The notes under the pieces were generated by a model. That model saw only the letters and a list, made by a program, of their open reading frames with translations, searched no databases and was not told the DNA's origin. Position numbers and translations under genes: made by a program. From an uncultured bacterium (GTDB taxonomy: Bacteria; Patescibacteriota; JAHJAL01), in NCBI GenBank assembly GCA_938004065.1, contig CALKWM010000038.1, positions 2,466-66,465 of the forward strand: DNA of 64,000 nt, in the 5' to 3' direction. Below are positions 19,570-27,941 of the stretch, piece after piece; within the stretch, counting starts at the first letter, position 1; every line of letters begins with the position of its first letter.

Positions 19570-21525
19570 ATGGATTTTTTTGGAAAAAAATATGATTCCT
19601 TGCCCGGAGACGACAAGAAAAGACAAATCAAAAAAAACTGGCAGGAGATTGATAGCTGGGAAGGATATCTGTCCAGTGATGATCAAGTATTATCCAAACA
19701 ACGAGATATATCGGAAATTGTGCCAACGAGAAATTTTGGCAACTTAAATATCATATATCTGGTATGTTTTTTGCTATGTGTGATTTTGGCGGGTCGACTG
19801 TGGCAGTTGCAGATAGTACAAGGCAAGGAAAGTTTGGAAAAAGCCGAAGGCAATATACTGCATGTAGAAACGGTATATGCGCCGCGTGGGGTGATATATG
19901 ATCGTAACCGCAATATTTTGGCCGGCAATAAATCACGTTATGACTTGACTGTTATACCTGCCCACATGAGTCAAGACGTCGAGAAACGCTATGATTGTTA
20001 TCTACAAATATCACAAATATTGGGCAAAGATTCCAGTGAAATACGGGCAATTGTAGAAGAGAAAGGTATAAATAATTGGAATGAAGTAAAAGTGGTTAAG
20101 GATTTGGAACGAGAAAAAGCATTAATCCTAAAAACAAAACAATTACCCGGTTTTGAAGTAGAGAATATTTCTTCCAGAAAATATTATTGTGATGAACAAT
20201 GTGCGCATGTCTTGGGATATACCGGTCAGGTCTCAGAAAATGAATTACTTGCAGACGCTGAATACCAACCAATTGATCAGGTTGGCCGGGCCGGTTTGGA
20301 GTCGTATTATGAACGGGAACTAAAAGGCACAAATGGAGCTGAATATCGCATCGTCGATGCTTCAGGAGAAACTATCAATGTACTTACGCCCAGAGAAGGA
20401 GTGTCTGGGAACAACATTGTAACCGCTCTCGATATGGATTTACAAAAACTCGCTTTTGAAGAAATCTCCTCACAGATTGGTCGAGGCAATACAACCGGTG
20501 GATCGGTAGTGGTGTCCAACCCAAATACGGGCGAGATTATTGCCTTGGTCAGTGCGCCAGCTTATTCGTCGGAAAAAATGTCAGCCGGATTAACCGAGGA
20601 AGAATACGCAAATTTACTCAATAATGACAAATTACCATTGTTCAACCGGCCGATTACCGGTGAATACCCTCCGGGGTCGACATTCAAGATCGTATCGGCG
20701 ACCGGGATTTTGTCGGAGGGATTGGCCGACATCTATGATTATGTTAACGACCAGGGTACGATCAGGGTAGTAAATAAATATGATCCGAATATCATATACT
20801 ATTTTTATAGCTGGGACCGTTCCGGTTTAGGTTCGGTCAATATCATCGGGGCTTTGGAAAAATCTTCCGATATTTATTTCTATGTATATGGTGGTGGTTG
20901 GGAAGATATCGAAGGATTGGGAATCGAACGAATTAAAGAATACAGTGAAAGATTTATGATATCCAAGACACTGGGAATCGACATTGAGGGAGAGCGGCCC
21001 GGATTTATCCCAACACCGGAGTGGAAATACAAAACCTTCGGTGAAGACTGGTATCTGGGAGATGATTATAATACTATTATCGGCCAGGGTTCAATCCAAG
21101 CAACACCGTTGCAAGTCAATGCTTATACTGCAGCTATCGCTAATGGTGGCAAAATATATCGACCGCATATCGTAAACGAAGTCATTGATAGCACGGGCAA
21201 TGTGATTAACAGGATAAAACCGGAAATTATCAAACAAGACATTGCCTTACCGGAAGTTATTGGTATTATCAGACAAGGACTGGAGGCGGTGGTAAATACC
21301 GGTACAGCCGGTATTATGAAAAATGCTATAGTTAGTGTAGCCGGCAAAACCGGTACCGCACAGTATGAAAATAATACCAAAGAACACGCTTGGTTTACAT
21401 GTTATGCTCCGGTGGACAATCCTCAAATCGCAGTAACGGTAATGGTTGAAGGTGGCGGAGAAGGTTCCAGTGTGGCCGTACCGATTGCATTGAAATTGGT
21501 AAATGAATATTTTCGGGAAGAGTAA
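19570..21525 (+). CDS. mrdA: Penicillin-binding protein 2 (class B)
   Basis: APRGVIYDRN, GYTG, PPGSTFK (SxxK), SSD (SxD), KTGTAQ. Confidence 0.92.
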   Translation: MDFFGKKYDSLPGDDKKRQIKKNWQEIDSWEGYLSSDDQVLSKQRDISEIVPTRNFGNLNIIYLVCFLLCVILAGRLWQLQIVQGKESLEKAEGNILHVETVYAPRGVIYDRNRNILAGNKSRYDLTVIPAHMSQDVEKRYDCYLQISQILGKDSSEIRAIVEEKGINNWNEVKVVKDLEREKALILKTKQLPGFEVENISSRKYYCDEQCAHVLGYTGQVSENELLADAEYQPIDQVGRAGLESYYERELKGTNGAEYRIVDASGETINVLTPREGVSGNNIVTALDMDLQKLAFEEISSQIGRGNTTGGSVVVSNPNTGEIIALVSAPAYSSEKMSAGLTEEEYANLLNNDKLPLFNRPITGEYPPGSTFKIVSATGILSEGLADIYDYVNDQGTIRVVNKYDPNIIYYFYSWDRSGLGSVNIIGALEKSSDIYFYVYGGGWEDIEGLGIERIKEYSERFMISKTLGIDIEGERPGFIPTPEWKYKTFGEDWYLGDDYNTIIGQGSIQATPLQVNAYTAAIANGGKIYRPHIVNEVIDSTGNVINRIKPEIIKQDIALPEVIGIIRQGLEAVVNTGTAGIMKNAIVSVAGKTGTAQYENNTKEHAWFTCYAPVDNPQIAVTVMVEGGGEGSSVAVPIALKLVNEYFREE

Positions 21526-21528
21526 TTT

Positions 21529-21981
21529 TGTCATCCTGAACCCGAATCCGCTCAGAGCGGATATCGAGCTATTCAGGATCTTGCAACTCATCACTTAGAA
21601 ACTTGGCAATACAAATCGTTCCAAGAAGAATTATTTCTCTCTATTAGTTTGACTTTTCAGGATATATTCCAGTCTTTTTAGTATTTTTTCTTTTCCAATG
21701 GCATCGTCAATATCATCAAACATCTCAAAATAAACGAGTTGATCAATATTGTATTTGGATGCAAAACATTTTATAATCCTATTTTTATGTGCCCAAACTC
21801 TACCCTTTAAATAATTTTTGACTCCAATATACAAAATCCCTTTTGCTCTATTTGCTAGAATATAAACATAATAATCATTTTTCATAATCTGATTTTTTCA
21901 ATTTAGAGAATAATTTAATATTAAGAGATCCTGAATTGCTCGATGTGCTCATAAAAATTCGCTTTCGGGTTCAGGATGACA
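21529..21981. mobile_element. GIY-YIG cassette 1: nuclease pseudogene between inverted TGTCATCCTGAA hairpins (453 bp)
   Basis: Left repeat 21529-21581, right repeat 21924-21981. Confidence 0.75.
21591..21885 (-). pseudogene. Small GIY-YIG nuclease, frameshifted plus nonsense
   Basis: YYVYIL...LYIGV. Removing one A from the run at 21675-21679 gives LKDWNIS*KVKLIERNNSSWNDLY, matching the intact copy; TGA replaces Trp at 21657-21659. Confidence 0.85.
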
Positions 21982-21995
21982 CCAAGGATTAATAC

Positions 21996-22835
21996 ATGAA
22001 AATATTGGACGGGAAAAAATTGGCGGGGGAAGTTACAGAACGACTGAAAAATGAAGTCGTTAAATTAAGACAAAACGGTATAGTGCCCAAACTAATAATA
22101 TTTCAAGTGGGGAATAATCCCGCTTCAAATGTTTATGTGCGTATGAAACAGAAAAAAGCCGAAGAGATCGGGGCGATTTGCCGGGTGGAGAAATTGGATG
22201 AATCCGCAGGAGAAGAAAAGCTGTGTGAATTGATAACAAAGTTCAATAGTGACGAAGAAGTAAAAGGGATAATTGTCCAACTTCCCCTACCCGATGGCTG
22301 GGATAAAAATCGGATAATCAACATGATTGACGAAAAAAAAGATGTGGATGGATTGACGGACGCCAATCAGATCAAAATTTTAAATGGTGATTTGTCAGGT
22401 TTGAAACCGGCCACGCCAAAAGGAATAGTTTCGATATTGGACAAATACGAGATTCCAATTGCCGGTGCCAGAGTGGTGGTGGTCGGCCGGAGCCGACTGG
22501 TTGGCAAGACCGTTGCTTTGATGCTTTTAAACCGGAACGCCACCGTTACAATATGCCACAGCAAGACAGATGATTTGAAAAGTGTTACCAGGGAAGCGGA
22601 TATCTTGATATCCGCCGTGGGAGTGCCAAAATTGATCACTGTAAAGCATGTCAAATCGGGAGCAATAGTTGTTGATGTCGGTATCAGCCAGGAAACAGAT
22701 ACCGGAATGGTCGGCGATGTGGATTTCGAGGCGGTAAAGGATGTAGCCGGCATGATCTCGCCGGTGCCGGGTGGAGTGGGCCCGATGACGGTCGTATGTT
22801 TGTTTGAAAATCTGATCGATTCGTGCCAGAATTAA
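21996..22835 (+). CDS. folD: Methylenetetrahydrofolate dehydrogenase/cyclohydrolase
   Basis: YVRMKQK, GIIVQLPLP, KDVDG, GRSRLVGK, PVPGGVGPMT. Confidence 0.97.
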   Translation: MKILDGKKLAGEVTERLKNEVVKLRQNGIVPKLIIFQVGNNPASNVYVRMKQKKAEEIGAICRVEKLDESAGEEKLCELITKFNSDEEVKGIIVQLPLPDGWDKNRIINMIDEKKDVDGLTDANQIKILNGDLSGLKPATPKGIVSILDKYEIPIAGARVVVVGRSRLVGKTVALMLLNRNATVTICHSKTDDLKSVTREADILISAVGVPKLITVKHVKSGAIVVDVGISQETDTGMVGDVDFEAVKDVAGMISPVPGGVGPMTVVCLFENLIDSCQN

Positions 22836-22881
22836 TATATTGAATATAAAAAAACATAAAAGTTTATCTTACAATCAGTCT

Positions 22882-22918
22882 CCCCAACTTTTTTTAAAAA
22901 AAGTTGGGGTATTTTTTT
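22882..22918 (+). terminator. Intrinsic terminator
   Basis: CCCCAACTTTTTTT/AAAAAAAGTTGGGG followed by a T-run. Confidence 0.75.
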
Positions 22919-23041
22919 TGTGATAAACCAAAGAATAATGATAAATAGTGATAAATATGACTATTGACATTCACCAATTTTTTCGATACAAATAATCTAT
23001 CGAAAATTAAAAAATTCAAAAAAGAAAGGATGTGAAATATA

Positions 23042-23386
23042 GTGATAGAATTTACCTTCTATACACTAGAATGTTGGATCAGTTTATTCACCAGGAGATT
23101 GATCGATTTTGTGAGTGAATTGTTTAAAACAAGAAATCACAAACCGGTCAGAAAAATATCGCCGGTGAACAAAAAATACGTCGCCAGTTGGGAAAGACGG
23201 CACGAGCGACGTGATTTTAGAAAAATCGGTGGCCAAAAAAAGGATGCAAAAAGGCCATCAAAGGATAACTTTTCTCAGTTTTCAGGGAAAAAGTTATCCA
23301 ATACAAAGAAAGGAGTGTTGTCAAAATGTTTTGGTAAAATTAATTTTTCAAAACAATTGAATAACGCTACTACCACCACCATATGA
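23042..23386 (+). CDS. Basic hypothetical protein
   Basis: 114 aa, GTG start with AAAGGA upstream. Confidence 0.45.
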   Translation: MIEFTFYTLECWISLFTRRLIDFVSELFKTRNHKPVRKISPVNKKYVASWERRHERRDFRKIGGQKKDAKRPSKDNFSQFSGKKLSNTKKGVLSKCFGKINFSKQLNNATTTTI

Positions 23387-23467
23387 TATGGTGGATTTTT
23401 TTTGCTAAAAAACTACGTTTTCATAGATTATTTTATGGTTAGGATGGTATTTTATAACATTTAAACC

Positions 23468-23496
23468 TTGACTTTTTGATATTTTTGATTTATAAT
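23468..23496 (+). promoter_or_regulatory. Near-consensus sigma70 promoter
   Basis: TTGACT-N17-TATAAT. Confidence 0.75.
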
Positions 23497-23799
23497 GCTG
23501 TTGTGAACGATCGTCCCCAGCAAAAAATGAGAAAAAAATAACTTACTCTTTTTTGATGGGGATAAAAAAAATTTGTCAGGAGGTGAAAAAAGTTGATTTT
23601 CGGATAATGTAATTTTTGAAATGGATTATTTTTCAAAAAACATATCCATAAGATCAACTGGAAAAAATGAAGAATTATTTTTTTGATCAAAAAAAAGATC
23701 TGCCAGGTTCAGGTGGACTTGGCTGGTAAAGGAAAAAAAAATGGAGTTTAACCACATATTAAAAAAGTTAGACTCCTTTTTTAAAAAAATTATTATCAC

Positions 23800-24633
23800 A
23801 TGATTAACAAAATATTTTTAAATCTCGGGATGACAGAGCGGGAAGCTAAAGTGTATTTAGCAATTTTGAAATTGTGCAATCCCAATATCAGCGACTTACA
23901 AAAACAGACCGGCCTTTCCAGGAGTACGGTTTATTATTGTATCGATTTATTGATTAAGAATGATATCGTTTTTTCTAAAAAGCTTAATGAGAAGACAGTT
24001 TATGAAGCTATTTCCCCTGAACAATTGAAAAAAATCGTAGAATATAAAATTACCGAGCTCAAAAAAGACATAACGATATTTGAAAAAGCTATACCGGATA
24101 TCGTTCAGTCAACAAAAAAAGGGAAAATGAATCTGAAAATGCTAAAAGGATTTAAGTCTTTGACCAATACGATGCGAGATGTGTACATCGGTCACAAAAA
24201 TTCAACCGTAAGAGTTTTTGGCACAAAACCGAAAGAGTATAATTTAAAACATTTCGACAAATCTTTTGAAAAAACCATAAATAATCGAATAACAAACAAT
24301 GTTTTTTTGAAAGGAATTAGCCCTATTACGAAAAACAAATTTCTTGTTCGAGATAAAGACTTAAAACAACTTCGCGAGTCTAGATTTTTGCCGGAAAAGA
24401 CCTTTAATTTTCAAAGTGAGATATTTATTTTCGACGACTTGGTACTGGTAATCAGTGAGGATATTGAAAATGAAGTAAATACAATTTATTTTGATGATGT
24501 AAACTATGTGAATACTATGAAAATGATATTTGATTTGGCGTGGGAAGCGGCGGGGAAATATGATAAAGAAGTGGTGGCGGAGTATGAGAAAAACATATCA
24601 AACTTATCAAATATCAAACATAGCAAACAATAA
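23800..24633 (+). CDS. TrmB-family HTH transcriptional regulator
   Basis: LGMTEREAKVYLAIL...LSRSTVY...L HTH; C-terminal EIFIFDD...MIFDLAWE. Confidence 0.85.
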   Translation: MINKIFLNLGMTEREAKVYLAILKLCNPNISDLQKQTGLSRSTVYYCIDLLIKNDIVFSKKLNEKTVYEAISPEQLKKIVEYKITELKKDITIFEKAIPDIVQSTKKGKMNLKMLKGFKSLTNTMRDVYIGHKNSTVRVFGTKPKEYNLKHFDKSFEKTINNRITNNVFLKGISPITKNKFLVRDKDLKQLRESRFLPEKTFNFQSEIFIFDDLVLVISEDIENEVNTIYFDDVNYVNTMKMIFDLAWEAAGKYDKEVVAEYEKNISNLSNIKHSKQ

Positions 24634-24645
24634 ATAAGTATAAAA

Positions 24646-24698
24646 AGATCCTGAATCGCTCGAACGCTCGATGACTCGCTTTCGGGTTCAGGATGACA
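24646..24698. repeat. TGTCATCCTGAA-family hairpin (intergenic)
   Basis: Reverse complement nearly identical to the miaB units at 15825 and 16398. Confidence 0.85.
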
Positions 24699-25059
24699 AA
24701 AAAGAAACACCTTATTTAATTTTGTAAAGGTGTTTATAGTATAATTTAGGCGGAAAATAGTTTCAAAATCCCTCACCTATTCCTAGGTTGGGTTTTTATT
24801 TTTGTGTTTGTTAGCTAATTTTTAGAAGATGATCTTACACATTTTTTTTTATATTAATTTTTGATAAGCATTTTAAAAAGGTACAAAGAATACTTGAAAA
24901 AGGATAATTTTGTTTTTGTTTTTGTTTTGGCCCTACCTTTTGAGGCGAAAATTTTTTCGTTTTTGTTCTCTTTCAAGTATTCTTGTTCATAAGGTGCATT
25001 GGGCTTAACCCAACATTTTTTGTTTTTGGATATTGGGTTTCTTTTTCCAATATCGTATT

Positions 25060-25088
25060 AGTGTAGCAAATCTGGAATAATAAGTCAA
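25060..25088 (-). promoter_or_regulatory. Minus-strand sigma70-like promoter with no sizeable ORF downstream
   Basis: TTGACT-N17-TACACT. Confidence 0.55.
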
Positions 25089-25274
25089 TAGTCAGGTAAA
25101 CGAAACCTATCAAATTCCAAACATATCAAACTTATCAAACATATACATAAATTTAATTATGGTTTGTTAAGTTTGATATTTGCTAGGTTTGATATGTTTA
25201 ATACAGAGACGATTTGCAATTCACTGATTATTATTTATAATTGATATGATATTTTTATAACAAATTATTACATT

Positions 25275-25994
25275 ATGTCGAAGATGCGTTTGCAAAAATT
25301 TCTAGCGGAGAGCGGTGTCGGTTCCAGAAGGGAATGCGAGGAGCATATCTGGGAGGGACGGGTAAGGGTCAACGGACGAAAAGTGGCGGAAATGGGTGTA
25401 ATAATTGATCCGGAAGTGGATGAAGTGCGATTTAAAAATCGAATCGTGCGACTTGATGAAAAAGTATATTATGTTTTAAATAAACCGGTTGGTTATGTTT
25501 CAACCAGGAGAGATATTAACGCTCCCAAGATGGTAGTGGATTTGGTTCCCCAAAACCCGCCCGTTTACCCTGTCGGCAGGTTGGACAAGGAATCGGAAGG
25601 ATTGATTTTGATTACCAATGACGGTGAGTTGACCAATCAATTAACCCATCCTTCCAGTCATGTGGAAAAGGAATATATGGTTGTGTGCCGGCCTCGATTT
25701 GATGATTTGAGATTGATGGAAGCGGTCAAAAAGTTGCAAAAAGGAGTGTTAATTGACGGATATCTGACACGTGAGGCCAAAGTGTTTGCGGTCAGTGAAG
25801 ATCGGAGTAAAGTAAAGTTCAATATCATCATCAAAGAGGGTAAAAATCGGCAGATTCGCCGGATGTGCCACAATGTCGGATTGAAGGTTATATCGCTCAA
25901 AAGAATCAGAATAGGCAGGTTAAAATTGGGAGGGTTGAAGAAGGGAGAATACAAAGTGTTAGATATCAATAATATTAAGAAACTATTATACTAA
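25275..25994 (+). CDS. rluB: RsuA/RluB-family pseudouridine synthase
   Basis: S4 domain RLQKFLAESGVGSRR, LNKPVG, VGRLD, EGKNRQIRRM. Confidence 0.88.
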   Translation: MSKMRLQKFLAESGVGSRRECEEHIWEGRVRVNGRKVAEMGVIIDPEVDEVRFKNRIVRLDEKVYYVLNKPVGYVSTRRDINAPKMVVDLVPQNPPVYPVGRLDKESEGLILITNDGELTNQLTHPSSHVEKEYMVVCRPRFDDLRLMEAVKKLQKGVLIDGYLTREAKVFAVSEDRSKVKFNIIIKEGKNRQIRRMCHNVGLKVISLKRIRIGRLKLGGLKKGEYKVLDINNIKKLLY

Positions 25995-26017
25995 CAATGT
26001 CAAATTGCGAGTAAATT

Positions 26018-26466
26018 TGTCATCCTGAACCCGAAAGGTCCGTCTTCGGACCGCTTCGAGTGATTCAGGATCCCTCCAATTACCAGAATTGAATATCATT
26101 ATACAAATCATTCCAATTCGGATTTTCTTTTTCTATCAATTTTATTTTCCAACTTCTTTTCCAATCTTTTAACTTTTTTTCTCTGTATATTGCTTCATTG
26201 ATATCCTCAAATATTTCATAGTACACTATTTTATCAATATTATATTTTGATGTGAATCCTCTGATGATTTTGTTCTTATGTTCCCATACTCGACCCTTTA
26301 AAACACTTGTAACGCCAATATACAAACTAGCTCGTTTTTTGTTTGTTAAAATGTAGACATAATAAATATTTTTCATAATTATATTATCTAACTTAGTAAT
26401 TAAATATATATTAAGAGATCCTGAATTGCTTGAAGCGCCCTTCGGGCTTTCAGGTTCAGGATGACA
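26018..26466. mobile_element. GIY-YIG cassette 2: intact nuclease between inverted TGTCATCCTGAA hairpins (449 bp)
   Basis: Left repeat 26018-26072, right repeat 26414-26466, extra half-repeat 26521-26533. Confidence 0.78.
26080..26376 (-). CDS. Small stand-alone GIY-YIG nuclease family protein
   Basis: YYVYIL, LYIGVT, RVWEH, FTSKYN, EAIYREKKLKDWKRSWK, NPNWNDL. Confidence 0.92.
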   Translation of the reverse strand: MKNIYYVYILTNKKRASLYIGVTSVLKGRVWEHKNKIIRGFTSKYNIDKIVYYEIFEDINEAIYREKKLKDWKRSWKIKLIEKENPNWNDLYNDIQFW

Positions 26467-26565
26467 CTTTTTCTTTAATTTTGATCAAATTTGATAATTT
26501 CCGCCCATGGTGGCTTGCAAGTTCAGGATGACATAATTAGTTTGACATTTGCTAAGTATAATTAA

Positions 26566-27519
26566 ATGAAAATAGACATTATTACCCTATTTCCCGAGAT
26601 GTTTGCTGGTGTATTTGAGGCCAGTATTATCGGACGTGCCAGGGAAAAGGGCTTGATAGAGATAAATTTGCATAATCTCAGGGACTGGGCAGTCGATAAA
26701 CACAAAACCGTTGATGACACGCCTTATGGCGGAGGCGCGGGGATGGTGATCAAGGTGGAGGTGATGGACCGATGCCTGACAGACATAATTCAAAAATCAA
26801 AAATCAAAAATCAAAAAGGACAGGTTACAAACCTGTCCCTACAACGGATATTAATGACACCGCAGGGAAGGACATTTGATCAGAAAAAGGCGAGGGAGAT
26901 GGCGAAATTGGACCAAATCGTTTTGATCTGCGGGCATTACGAAGGATTTGATCAAAGAATTCATGAAAATTTGGTGGACGAGGAATTATCGATCGGAGAT
27001 TTTGTCCTGACCGGTGGAGAGATTCCGGCGATGGCGGTAGTAGATGCGGTAGCTCGACTGGTGCCGGGGGTGATCAAAGAAGAGTCACATATGAATGAGA
27101 GTTTTTCGGTGGTACCTGATAACCACCCCGCCACGCCTCATCGGCGGGAGCCCCTCCTTGAAAAGGAGGGGTGTAAAAAGAAGGAGAAAAGTGATGGATC
27201 CCCCCACCACACCGCCACGCCTTCGCTCATAAAAAGGGAGCTTCGGCGAGCTGCTCCTACTCGAACAGGGGGGAACTACCACCACCCCGAATCGGTCTGC
27301 GACCTTTCTACCCTTCCACTGGTCCACCCCAAAAATTGTTTCACAATTTCTGGGGACCCCGGGGCAGGAGGGGAATATAGACAAGATTTGTATCTAGAAT
27401 ATCCGCATTATACAAAACCGGCGGAATACAAAGGGTGGAAAGTGCCGGAGGTGCTAATGTCCGGCAATCACGCCGAGATTGAAAAATGGAGACAAAAAAA
27501 TATCAAAAAGAAGCCATGA
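26566..27519 (+). CDS. trmD: tRNA (guanine37-N1)-methyltransferase with repeat-derived inserts
   Basis: ITLFPEMF, VDDTPYGGGAGM, CGHYEGFDQR, SIGDFVLTGGE, ESF...LEYPHYTKP, VPEVLMSGNH. Confidence 0.96.
   Translation: MKIDIITLFPEMFAGVFEASIIGRAREKGLIEINLHNLRDWAVDKHKTVDDTPYGGGAGMVIKVEVMDRCLTDIIQKSKIKNQKGQVTNLSLQRILMTPQGRTFDQKKAREMAKLDQIVLICGHYEGFDQRIHENLVDEELSIGDFVLTGGEIPAMAVVDAVARLVPGVIKEESHMNESFSVVPDNHPATPHRREPLLEKEGCKKKEKSDGSPHHTATPSLIKRELRRAAPTRTGGNYHHPESVCDLSTLPLVHPKNCFTISGDPGAGGEYRQDLYLEYPHYTKPAEYKGWKVPEVLMSGNHAEIEKWRQKNIKKKP
27121..27375. repeat. trmD in-frame insert of three ACCAC...GGGG palindromic units (a second small insert lies at ~26787-26842)
   Basis: About 90 aa separate the normally near-adjacent ESF and LEYPHYT motifs; unit 1 matches 18011-18061. 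Confidence 0.85.
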
Positions 27520-27542
27520 AAAAAATTGGCTTCTTTTTTTGC

Positions 27543-27941
27543 TTATAGTTTTTGTTTGATGCGATCTGTCCAGGCGGTGAAATCGTCGGGAGCAACGGCA
27601 TAATAATAATCCCCCCTGTTATTTTGTCTGACTTCAACCTGAAAATTTATGGGAACTTCTTGTTCAATCAAATCCAAGATTTTTTGTGAAAATCTCCGGA
27701 AATGAGATCGAAAATCTTTTTTGACCATGATCTCAAATTCCTCATCGCCTCGATCATTGGTAACCGTCGCATAGAGGTGAATTTGGGCGGGCTGTGAAAA
27801 ACCACCCAATCCATGTCCCAAGTTTTTGAAACTTCGATTTGATTTTTGTCCTTTTTTTGTACCTTGGACTAAATTGAAGTTTCCTTTTACGACTTTTATG
27901 CCTAGTAGTTTAGCCGGTAATATTTTTGCCAAGTGTATCAT
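27543..27941 (-). CDS. Hypothetical protein
   Basis: ORF with ATGA overlap to the upstream glycosyltransferase stop. Confidence 0.5.
   Translation of the reverse strand: MIHLAKILPAKLLGIKVVKGNFNLVQGTKKGQKSNRSFKNLGHGLGGFSQPAQIHLYATVTNDRGDEEFEIMVKKDFRSHFRRFSQKILDLIEQEVPINFQVEVRQNNRGDYYYAVAPDDFTAWTDRIKQKL

Noticed and set aside
21657-21659. Genome-wide UGA recoding (Trp or Gly)
   Set aside because: Many intact genes end in TGA (IMPase, trmD, sugar transferase), and both in-frame TGAs lie in genes that also have frameshifts.
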